The notes under the pieces were generated by a model. The model was not told the DNA's origin and did not search any database. It saw only the letters and a list, made by a program, of their open reading frames with translations. A stretch of 40,039 nucleotides of DNA from a virus, in the IMG/VR virus record IMGVR_UViG_3300028175_000008, positions 1 to 40,039 of that record. One strand, written 5' to 3'. The position numbers and the translations under genes are program-made. Shown here in pieces: positions 6,475 to 13,211 of this stretch (the stretch's first letter is position 1; each line of letters begins with the position of its first letter).

Positions 6475-6641
6475 TGGATACATTAGTAAAAAGGTTATCA
6501 TCTATTTTAACGGTCTTGGAAGATGTAGGAAGTATAGTAATTCCGCCAGAAGTTCTCATTGAGTTAAAATCTCTTATACAAGATATCACCGAGAGTAAAT
6601 GTAGTAATGGTGTTTTTTGTCAAATGGAGAAGAAGTGGTAG
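6474..6641 (+). CDS. 55-aa hypothetical protein
   Basis: TAATG coupling; GAGG upstream. Confidence 0.55.
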   Translation: MDTLVKRLSSILTVLEDVGSIVIPPEVLIELKSLIQDITESKCSNGVFCQMEKKW

Positions 6642-6692
6642 AACGTCTCGTCGCAGACGGGACGCGTATAACCGACCATAGGGATTTTTAAA

Positions 6693-7085
6693 ATGGGTAA
6701 GAAACCAGATAATGTTGCTGACACTCCAGGTATATTACCTTATGGTAGTAATATTGGAGCACCTGCTATTACACCAACAGATATTAATAGTTGGAAAGAT
6801 TTAAGAATAGGTTCGGCTAATAAGTATTTTGAAACTCGATATGATGAGATAAAACAAGAATACATTAAGTTGATGCAGGAGTATGAATGGAATAAACTTG
6901 TCTATAATGCCAAGTATAGTTTTCAACCTGTTGTAGGGAATACTTACTATTTATACCAACACGACAGGGGACATTTATGGTTAAGTCTTGTAGAGCCTAA
7001 CCGATGGGAACAGATATTTATAGGTGCATTTAAATTGACTTCTAATGATAAGTGGGAAAGGGTAGAATGGGATACAATAAAATAA
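6693..7085 (+). CDS. DUF2452-like protein
   Basis: KYSFQPVVGNTYYLY...LSLVEPNRW...GAFKL pattern recalled for DUF2452. Confidence 0.6.
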   Translation: MGKKPDNVADTPGILPYGSNIGAPAITPTDINSWKDLRIGSANKYFETRYDEIKQEYIKLMQEYEWNKLVYNAKYSFQPVVGNTYYLYQHDRGHLWLSLVEPNRWEQIFIGAFKLTSNDKWERVEWDTIK

Positions 7086-7088
7086 CAC

Positions 7089-7117
7089 TTGACACTCTCA
7101 TATATTCTTCGTAAGAT
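7089..7117 (+). promoter_or_regulatory. Sigma70-type promoter
   Basis: TTGACA-N17-TAAGAT. Confidence 0.85.
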
Positions 7118-7177
7118 CAAGGTATGAATAAAAAACCACACATCTATAATTGGATACAGGATAAGGAGAAATGATAA

Positions 7178-7702
7178 ATGATTAATTACACCGACAAGCA
7201 ATATGATATGGTTGAAGCACTATTCGATATGGTAAAAACTGTTTCGTTAAAGAATAAGAGTTCAGACTCACGATATGAATATGCTTGGAAAAGACAAATA
7301 TCTAATTTGATATTTGATATTAAAGGTAATGGGTATTCTACTGGACTTGTTTCTAAGTCCGCATTAAAAACAAATAAACCTTACTATGTTAGTGACCATG
7401 TATACTCTCGTGGTACTGTAGCTGAGTATCTTATTAGTAAGTTTAAGAATAAACCATTTACATTAGAGTGGTTACAAAATAATTTTCCTAAGTTAGCTAC
7501 AACTATTTTTGTTACTCAAAAAGAAAATGGTAGACTTTCATTTATAACTAGAAATATGACCTTAACACAATTAATGAAAATGGAACACTATATAGAAGCT
7601 GGTATTAAATTAATTCATGTTCCATCTAAGAGAGTTAAGAAGTTTCCACAGTTAGTTACGGAGCAAATGGAAACACTTGTAGATAGTCATTCAATTAAAT
7701 GA
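7178..7702 (+). CDS. Hypothetical protein, possibly a degenerate His-Me finger
   Basis: AAGGAG SD; DHVYSR...TIFVTQKEN. Confidence 0.65.
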   Translation: MINYTDKQYDMVEALFDMVKTVSLKNKSSDSRYEYAWKRQISNLIFDIKGNGYSTGLVSKSALKTNKPYYVSDHVYSRGTVAEYLISKFKNKPFTLEWLQNNFPKLATTIFVTQKENGRLSFITRNMTLTQLMKMEHYIEAGIKLIHVPSKRVKKFPQLVTEQMETLVDSHSIK

Positions 7703-7899
7703 ATACAGTAGTATTAAAACGACCAATTTTAGATATGGGATTGTTATTAGAATTTGTAAACGCTGGCAATAAAGTTGTAGGCGATAAAAAACGATTTGAA
7801 TTAGATGATGAGTTTTTTGATATGATTGTTACTGAATTACAATACATGGATGAACTTGAAAAACTATTACCTGTTCCATTCCAATTGGCACAGTCATGA
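7699..7899 (+). CDS. Hypothetical protein
   Basis: Overlapping starts and stops on both sides. Confidence 0.65.
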   Translation: MNTVVLKRPILDMGLLLEFVNAGNKVVGDKKRFELDDEFFDMIVTELQYMDELEKLLPVPFQLAQS

Positions 7900-8402
7900 T
7901 ATACTTTACAGCGGATACCCATTTTAATCACATAAATATTATAAAGTTTTGTGATAGACCGTATGAACTAATAGATGAAATGAATGAAGCTCTAATAGAA
8001 AATTGGAATAGTGTAGTTGGTAAGGATGATGAGATATATCATTTAGGTGATTTTGGTTGGGGTGATAATGTAGATAATTTAGATATACTTCGTAGGTTAA
8101 ATGGAACTAAATATCTTGTTAAGGGAAACCACGATTGGAAACTCTTAAAGGATAAAGCAATACGTAGTGAATTTGAATGGATTAAAGATTATAACGAATT
8201 AGAATTGGATGATAATTTTTTTGTTATGTGTCATTATCCATTTAGAACTTGGAATCGAGATCACTATGGAGCAATAAATCTATTTGGTCATTCTCATGGT
8301 AACACGGATCCAATAGGTAATCAATTAGACGTTGGTGTGGACTTACATGAGTATAGACCGATATCGATAAACGAAGTGGTGGAGAGATTTGATGAAAAAT
8401 AA
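7896..8402 (+). CDS. Calcineurin-like metallophosphoesterase
   Basis: DTH, GD, GNHD, H and GHSH motifs all present. Confidence 0.9.
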   Translation: MIYFTADTHFNHINIIKFCDRPYELIDEMNEALIENWNSVVGKDDEIYHLGDFGWGDNVDNLDILRRLNGTKYLVKGNHDWKLLKDKAIRSEFEWIKDYNELELDDNFFVMCHYPFRTWNRDHYGAINLFGHSHGNTDPIGNQLDVGVDLHEYRPISINEVVERFDEK

Positions 8403-8847
8403 ATTTAAAGAATACTACCAGAACAATCCAGACATTGGAATGAAGCACGATAAGATAGCTCGTGATGTATGTAAAAATAATGCCGGTAAGATAAATTCTA
8501 ACATTAAAGAAATTTCAGATCATCCAGATAAATATGACATTGATTTAATAGCTACATTACAGAATGGAGATATACAGTATATAGAAGCAGAATACTCTCT
8601 ATCTTGGAAGTCACACAAGTTTCCGTATGGAATGTTTAATGTACCATCCAGAAAAGAGAAGTTCTTTGTTAAGTATCCTAATTCATTATATGTTATGGTT
8701 AATTATAATAGAACAATGATAGCTATAGTAGAAGGTGATGTTATATTACAACAACCATTAGTGGAGTTCCCCAATAGGTTTAATAAGAGTGGAGAATATT
8801 TTTATAGGATGATACTTGATAACGTGAGATTTGAGGAACTGATATAG
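8389..8847 (+). CDS. Possible PD-(D/E)XK-fold protein
   Basis: DIDLIA...YIEAE motif; otherwise hypothetical. Confidence 0.5.
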   Translation: MMKNKFKEYYQNNPDIGMKHDKIARDVCKNNAGKINSNIKEISDHPDKYDIDLIATLQNGDIQYIEAEYSLSWKSHKFPYGMFNVPSRKEKFFVKYPNSLYVMVNYNRTMIAIVEGDVILQQPLVEFPNRFNKSGEYFYRMILDNVRFEELI

Positions 8848-8877
8848 TAAGTGTTATTAACGAGAACGAGATAGACG

Positions 8878-8904
8878 CGTATTAACGATTATATACGTTT
8901 TTTT
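8878..8904 (+). terminator. Probable intrinsic terminator
   Basis: CGTAT-TAA-CGA-TTA-T-ATACG hairpin followed by T7. Confidence 0.55.
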
Positions 8905-8968
8905 AATGGTGTTTATTTTTTAAAAATAAAAGAACGTTTTCCAAAACTTCATGATATATATTACAGTA

Positions 8969-9085
8969 ATGAGAAATATGAATAACATATCAAAACGATT
9001 TTCACCGGTACTCACCACTGAGATTCCTCGGGCATATAATTGCACAACGGAACATCAGGTTGATGCCGATTATTGGAGAACGTAG
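8969..9085 (+). CDS. 38-aa peptide in a stand-alone unit
   Basis: MRNMNNISKRFSPVLTTEIPRAYNCTTEHQVDADYWRT between a promoter-like motif and a terminator. Confidence 0.45.
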   Translation: MRNMNNISKRFSPVLTTEIPRAYNCTTEHQVDADYWRT

Positions 9086-9127
9086 TCTCATTACTTTTAA
9101 TATATAAAATTACAATAGCATATAAAG

Positions 9128-9161
9128 AAAAGGGTGAGACTCAAAAGGTTTCACCCTTTTT
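9128..9161. terminator. Bidirectional intrinsic terminator
   Basis: AAAAGGGTGAGA...TTTCACCCTTTTT. Confidence 0.85.
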
Positions 9162-9182
9162 GTTTTTATGAAAGAAAAAGAC

Positions 9183-9211
9183 TTGACTTTATGAATTATT
9201 GTTTGTATTAT
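9183..9211 (+). promoter_or_regulatory. Sigma70-type promoter for the tRNA cluster
   Basis: TTGACT-N17-TATTAT; spacer identical to 9472. Confidence 0.8.
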
Positions 9212-9221
9212 TAAAGCATAT

Positions 9222-9292
9222 TCACCCATGATGAAATGGTATCATGTCTGATTGTTAATCAGATCTTCCTGGTTCGAATCCAGGTGGGTGAG
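9222..9292 (+). tRNA. tRNA-Asn(GTT)
   Basis: Full cloverleaf; anticodon stem TCTGA/TCAGA; G73. Confidence 0.92.
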
Positions 9293-9297
9293 CAAAT

Positions 9298-9369
9298 ATC
9301 TCTATGGTGTAATTGGTAGCATTACGGATTCCAAATCCGTTAGTCTGAGTTCGAGTCTTAGTGGAGATG
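9298..9369 (+). tRNA. tRNA-Trp(CCA)
   Basis: Cloverleaf; ACGGA-TTCCAAA-TCCGT. Confidence 0.92.
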
Positions 9370-9377
9370 CAATATAT

Positions 9378-9448
9378 GGGCTTGTGGTGAAATGGTATCA
9401 CATGAGATTTTGAATCTCATATTATCGGTTCAACTCCGATCAGGCCTT
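9378..9448 (+). tRNA. tRNA-Gln(TTG)
   Basis: Cloverleaf; TGAGA-TTTTGAA-TCTCA. Confidence 0.88.
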
Positions 9449-9471
9449 CTAAAAGTTTTTTAAAATAACAC

Positions 9472-9500
9472 TTGACTTTATGAATTATTGTTTGTATATT
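9472..9500 (+). promoter_or_regulatory. Sigma70-type promoter
   Basis: TTGACT-N17-TATATT. Confidence 0.85.
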
Positions 9501-9531
9501 TAGGTGTTAATTGAAATGATGAGATAAGAAA

Positions 9532-9639
9532 ATGAAAGATAAGAGAACTAATAAAAATTACAGCCTAACTAAAGAGTTTAACAAAGCAATTAACTCCAGT
9601 TGGTATAAGAAAATAATGAAACGACTAAAGTTCGTTTGA
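9532..9639 (+). CDS. 35-aa microprotein, paralog of 2801-2959
   Basis: MKDKRTNKNYSLTKEFNKAINSSWYKKIMKRLKFV. Confidence 0.65.
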   Translation: MKDKRTNKNYSLTKEFNKAINSSWYKKIMKRLKFV

Positions 9640-9673
9640 TTAAAAGTTTTTTGACAATTTGTTTACCATAAAT

Positions 9674-9745
9674 GGCCCGGTCGTCTAATGGATAGGACAC
9701 TGGACTTTCACTCCAGGAACCGGAGGTCAGTACTCCGTCGGGCTA
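9674..9745 (+). tRNA. tRNA-Glu(TTC), atypical T-loop
   Basis: Cloverleaf; CTGGA-CTTTCAC-TCCAG; T-loop GTCAGTA. Confidence 0.82.
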
Positions 9746-9832
9746 CAATAAAATATTATGGAGAGTAAAATACTTGAACGAAAAACTCGTTCTCCTTATA
9801 TTTATTATAGAAGATAATATAGGAGAATTGAT

Positions 9833-10408
9833 GTGTATAAATGTAAAGTAAAAAACTGTGGATATGAAACTGAAAGTCATCCACAAATAGCTAATCATTC
9901 TAAATGGGTTCATAAGAAAGATGAGCAATATACGGTATGTTCGTATTGTGATAAAAAATACCAAAAGGCAAATTTGGGGCCACATGAAAAACGATGTATG
10001 TATAATCCAGAAAATTATACTGAATGTAAAGAATGTGATACTCACATAGAAAAACACCTTACATTCTGTAATTCAAGTTGTTCAGCGAAGTATAATAACA
10101 GAGTTGGTAAGACTGGATATAGAAGGATGATAAATGATAATAATGGTATTCATCCTAATAAGATTGGAGTAAACCCACATTATAGGGAAATGTGTTTTGA
10201 GAACTATGAACCTGAATGTGTAATATGTGGATGGGATATTTCGGTTGAAGTTCACCATGTAGATAATAATCATGATAATGATGAACCAAAAAACTTAATA
10301 CCACTGTGTTCTAATCATCACATAATGACACGAATGAATAAGCATAAAGAATTGATAAATGAAAAAATTAATGAAATAGTAAAAGAAAAATATGGGGCTA
10401 TGGTATAA
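9833..10408 (+). CDS. Zn-ribbon plus HNH endonuclease (putative homing endonuclease)
   Basis: CxxC repeats; CVICG...VEVHHVDNNH.NDEPKNLIPLCSNHH; inserted in the tRNA cluster. Confidence 0.85.
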   Translation: MYKCKVKNCGYETESHPQIANHSKWVHKKDEQYTVCSYCDKKYQKANLGPHEKRCMYNPENYTECKECDTHIEKHLTFCNSSCSAKYNNRVGKTGYRRMINDNNGIHPNKIGVNPHYREMCFENYEPECVICGWDISVEVHHVDNNHDNDEPKNLIPLCSNHHIMTRMNKHKELINEKINEIVKEKYGAMV

Positions 10409-10464
10409 AGCGATTACACCGCATTTGCACTGCGGAAATTAGGGTTGGATTCCCTATAGCTCCA
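10394..10464 (+). tRNA. tRNA-Ala(TGC)
   Basis: GGGGCTA/TAGCTCC with G3:U70; T-loop TTGGATT; overlaps the HNH stop. Confidence 0.85.
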
Positions 10465-10472
10465 CACCATAT

Positions 10473-10546
10473 GTACAGGTGGCAGAGTGGTTTAATGCGG
10501 TGGATTGCAAATCCATTATTCATCGGTTCGAATCCGATCCTGTACT
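10473..10546 (+). tRNA. tRNA-Cys(GCA)
   Basis: Cloverleaf; U73. Confidence 0.93.
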
Positions 10547-10551
10547 CAACA

Positions 10552-10622
10552 GGGGAATTAGTTCATCGGTAGAATGATTGGCTTACATCCAATAGAGAAT
10601 GGTTCGATTCCATTATTCCCTA
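10552..10622 (+). tRNA. tRNA-Val(TAC)
   Basis: ATTGG-CTTACAT-CCAAT; T-arm AATGG/CCATT. Confidence 0.9.
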
Positions 10623-10630
10623 CACAAAAT

Positions 10631-10702
10631 GCTCTCATAGCTTATCAGGTAAAGCAACTGGTTTGTAACCAGAAGAGCGGGGTTCGATTCCTCGTGAGAG
10701 CT
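10631..10702 (+). tRNA. tRNA-Thr(TGT)
   Basis: GCTCTCA/TGAGAGC; loop TTTGTAA. Confidence 0.9.
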
Positions 10703-10712
10703 CAAACAATAT

Positions 10713-10784
10713 ACTCTCGTGGTGAAACGGATATCATATTTGGCTACGAACCAAAAGTTGGGGGCTCGATTCCTCCCGAGAGTA
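10713..10784 (+). tRNA. tRNA-Arg(ACG)
   Basis: ACTCTCG/CGAGAGT; loop CTACGAA; T-loop CTCGATT. Confidence 0.88.
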
Positions 10785-10787
10785 CAG

Positions 10788-10867
10788 TATAAATAGAAAC
10801 GGTAGAAGTCCGTTATAAAGACTTTGAGTTAATTCCTCAGACGAAAGATTGACGCTCTCTATTTATA
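10788..10867 (+). ncRNA. Unassigned structured element in the tRNA cluster
   Basis: 10-bp closing stem TATAAATAGA/TCTATTTATA enclosing AACGG/CCGTT and TTTGAG/CTCAGA hairpins. Confidence 0.4.
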
Positions 10868-10876
10868 TCATTTTTT

Positions 10877-10948
10877 ACTCCCGTAGTGTAAAGGAGAACA
10901 CAGTAGTTTCCTAAACTACAAATGATGGCTCGATTCCATCCGGGAGTA
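10877..10948 (+). tRNA. tRNA-Arg(CCT)
   Basis: ACTCCCG/CGGGAGT; loop TTCCTAA; T-loop CTCGATT. Confidence 0.88.
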
Positions 10949-10953
10949 CAATT

Positions 10954-11025
10954 GGACCCATAGGTTAACTGGTAAACCAGATGGCTTTTAACCATCTGTT
11001 CCCGATTCGAGTTCGGGTGGGTCCA
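10954..11025 (+). tRNA. tRNA-Lys(TTT)
   Basis: GGACCCA/TGGGTCC; GATGG-CTTTTAA-CCATC. Confidence 0.92.
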
Positions 11026-11026
11026 C

Positions 11027-11170
11027 ATGAGTATAAAATATGAACCGACCTTTGGTGAGTATGTAGTAATACGGATGAAGGAAGAAAATATATCTTGGAA
11101 AGATTTAGATGAAGATACTATTGACTTTTTTCATACTCAATGGTTGATTGACAGAAAGAGGGTCCCGTAG
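11027..11170 (+). CDS. About 47-aa hypothetical protein between tRNAs
   Basis: ...YEPTFGEYVVIRMKEENISWKDLDEDTIDFFHTQWLIDRKRVP; stop lies inside the Leu tRNA-like gene; start less certain. Confidence 0.5.
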   Translation: MSIKYEPTFGEYVVIRMKEENISWKDLDEDTIDFFHTQWLIDRKRVP

Positions 11171-11235
11171 CCCAATTGGTAGAGGCAATAGACTTAAAAT
11201 CTATACAGGTGTTGGTTCGATTCCAACTACCCGGT
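11161..11235 (+). pseudogene. tRNA-Leu(TAA) with a non-pairing acceptor stem
   Basis: Intact D, anticodon (ATAGA-CTTAAAA-TCTAT) and T arms, but 5' GGTCCCG faces TACCCGG. Confidence 0.75.
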
Positions 11236-11304
11236 CAATAGTTATATTATATCTGTAATAGATAACTAAACATGATATTTATTACGGATAGAATGGAGTT
11301 AGAA

Positions 11305-11646
11305 ATGGAAATTCATGATAAAAGTTGGGGATATGAAAAGTGGATAGTAAATAAGAAAGAATACTGTGGGAAACTTCTATTCTTTAAAAAGGGAAAACAT
11401 TGTTCCTTTCATTACCATAAAATAAAAGATGAGGTATTTTATTTACAGTCTGGTTCGATAATAGTTAGATATTCAAATGAAGATAACTTAGAAGAATCTA
11501 AAAAAATGATTATGGAACCTGGTGATACATTTCACGTTTCTATTGGATTACGTCATCAAATGCTTGCAATAGAAGATAGTGAATTATTTGAATTTTCAAC
11601 ACAACACTTTGAAGATGATAGCTATAGGATAATTAAAGGTGATTAA
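11305..11646 (+). CDS. Cupin-domain protein (sugar isomerase-like)
   Basis: KSWGYEKW, CSFHYHKIKDE, H.M cupin metal ligands; GGAG SD before 11305. Confidence 0.85.
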   Translation: MEIHDKSWGYEKWIVNKKEYCGKLLFFKKGKHCSFHYHKIKDEVFYLQSGSIIVRYSNEDNLEESKKMIMEPGDTFHVSIGLRHQMLAIEDSELFEFSTQHFEDDSYRIIKGD

Positions 11647-12028
11647 AGTTTGGACTAATGGTTGCTTTGATGTTTTACATCGAGGACATATAGAGTTGTT
11701 TAAATATGCTAAATCACTTGGAGATATTCTTATAGTTGGTATAGATACTGATGCAAAGATTAGAACAGATAAGGGTAAAGGTAGACCAATACACACATTG
11801 GAAGATAGAATAGAAATGTTAAATTCTATAAAGTATATTGACGAAGTTTTACAGTTCAATACAACTAACGAATTACGAAATTTAGTTAGAGTTACATTAC
11901 CAGATATAATGGTAGTTGGTTCGGATTGGAAAAACGGTCAAGTGATTGGTAGAGAATTTACAAAGGAATTAAAATTTTTTGATAGGGTGGGTGATTATTC
12001 AACCACTAAAATAATGGAAGCGTGGTAG
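11639..12028 (+). CDS. Cytidylyltransferase-like protein (HldE/RfaE domain II type)
   Basis: NGCFDVLHRGH HIGH motif; GIDTD, VVGSDW, YSTT. Confidence 0.9.
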   Translation: MIKVWTNGCFDVLHRGHIELFKYAKSLGDILIVGIDTDAKIRTDKGKGRPIHTLEDRIEMLNSIKYIDEVLQFNTTNELRNLVRVTLPDIMVVGSDWKNGQVIGREFTKELKFFDRVGDYSTTKIMEAW

Positions 12029-12102
12029 AGTGGTTGATTGTACATCCCCGCTAAGGATGCTTACCTTAATAGGTAACGGAGGTTCGAATCCAACATCTTC
12101 CG
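12016..12102 (+). tRNA. tRNA-Ser(GCT), degenerate or chimeric
   Basis: Perfect anticodon stem and variable arm; T-stem GGAGG/CCAAC 3 of 5 pairs; acceptor 5 of 7; C33. Confidence 0.65.
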
Positions 12103-12110
12103 CAATATAT

Positions 12111-12196
12111 GGAGAGATCCACTGAATGGTCGGCAACTGGGTTTGAACCCCAGGGTGAATGAAAGTTTGGGGGTTCGATTCCTCATCTCTCCTCCA
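12111..12196 (+). tRNA. tRNA-Ser(TGA)
   Basis: GGAGAGA/TCTCTCC, encoded CCA, long variable region, weak D-stem. Confidence 0.78.
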
Positions 12197-12199
12197 ATT

Positions 12200-12275
12200 G
12201 CTCTCGTGGTGAAACAGGATATCACAAATCGTTTCTACCGATTTATTGAGGGTTCGAGTCCTTCCGAGAGTACCA
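12200..12275 (+). tRNA. tRNA-Arg(TCT)
   Basis: Cloverleaf with encoded CCA; AATCG-TTTCTAC-CGATT. Confidence 0.92.
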
Positions 12276-12362
12276 ATTATTACCACTTATTAGTGGTTAT
12301 TAGTATGATAAACTACATCTTTTTTAGGTTCGATTATACTTATTAGTATAGGAGAATATAAA

Positions 12363-13100
12363 ATGAAATGTGAATATTGTAATAAAGAACATAATGGGAG
12401 TTTTGCAACTGGTAGATTTTGTAATAGGAGTTGTTCTAATGGATTTTCTACTAAAGCAAAACGAAAAGAAATAAATGAGAAAGTTAGTAAAACTTTAACA
12501 CAACATAAACAGATTGAAAGAAATTGTTTGGTATGTAATAAAAAGTTCATTACCACTGATTATAACGGTCCAACTCAAACACAACAAAAACTATGTTCAA
12601 GAGAATGTGGAAGCCAGTATTGGCCTGATAGTCGTAGGAAATCACAATCATTGGCTATGGTTAAACGAATATTAAATGGACATGCACCATCATTGAAGTC
12701 TATTAGATGTGAATATTTATATAAAGATAAATTAATAAAGTGTGATTCTAAAGTAGAATATAGTTGTTTAGATTATTTTGAAAATGAATTTAATGTGATG
12801 GATATTGATAGATGTAATTTTAGTTTACCATTTGAATTTGAGAATAGAGAACGGAGATATATTCCAGATTTTAAAATAAAAACTACTAATGGTGAAATTT
12901 ATATTGTAGAATGTAAAACTATTATTTCCAACAATGACTTGCAGAGAAAATGGAAATATTATTACGATACTATAGATATTAAACGAGAAACTTTAATAAA
13001 TTACTGTGATAAGAATGGATACACACCATTTTTTTATAATAAAGAACTCAATAGAAAATTTTACGATAACTGCAATCCCACCGGTATACCCTCGGTCTGA
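12363..13100 (+). CDS. Zn-finger plus TnsA-like PD-(D/E)XK endonuclease (putative homing endonuclease)
   Basis: CEYC, FCNRSC, CLVC, LCSREC; RRYIPDF...YIVECK. Confidence 0.8.
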   Translation: MKCEYCNKEHNGSFATGRFCNRSCSNGFSTKAKRKEINEKVSKTLTQHKQIERNCLVCNKKFITTDYNGPTQTQQKLCSRECGSQYWPDSRRKSQSLAMVKRILNGHAPSLKSIRCEYLYKDKLIKCDSKVEYSCLDYFENEFNVMDIDRCNFSLPFEFENRERRYIPDFKIKTTNGEIYIVECKTIISNNDLQRKWKYYYDTIDIKRETLINYCDKNGYTPFFYNKELNRKFYDNCNPTGIPSV

Positions 13101-13154
13101 TAAACCGTTGAAAGGTTAATTGGTTACACGTTGGTTCGACTCCAACCCGGTGGA
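13078..13154 (+). tRNA. Non-canonical tRNA-Ile(GAT)-like RNA without a D-arm at the normal position
   Basis: Perfect CCACCGG/CCGGTGG acceptor and GTTGG-TTCGACT-CCAAC T-arm; CGGT-CTGATAA-ACCG anticodon hairpin. Confidence 0.7.
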
Positions 13155-13185
13155 CAAATATGTGGGAATGTAAAGTGTGCAGAAA

Positions 13186-13211
13186 TAGTGGTTCAATTCC
13201 ACTTGGGGCTA
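13186..13211 (+). pseudogene. Orphan tRNA 3' half
   Basis: AGTGG-TTCAATT-CCACT then TGGGGCT-A-CA; no matching 5' half. Confidence 0.6.

Noticed and set aside
6644-8886. Shared GACGCGTAT at 6661 and 8875
   Set aside because: Only 9 bp in two copies, each explained as part of a separate hairpin
10815-10865. Hammerhead ribozyme (GACGAAA on plus, CTGAGGA on minus)
   Set aside because: The two core halves are on opposite strands; neither strand has both
12111-12196. Selenocysteine or opal-suppressor tRNA
   Set aside because: The anticodon is TGA (Ser), not TCA, and the acceptor is 7 bp
10574-12556. Plus-strand ORFs 10574-10792, 12143-12346 and similar
   Set aside because: They overlap clear tRNA genes and translate tRNA sequence
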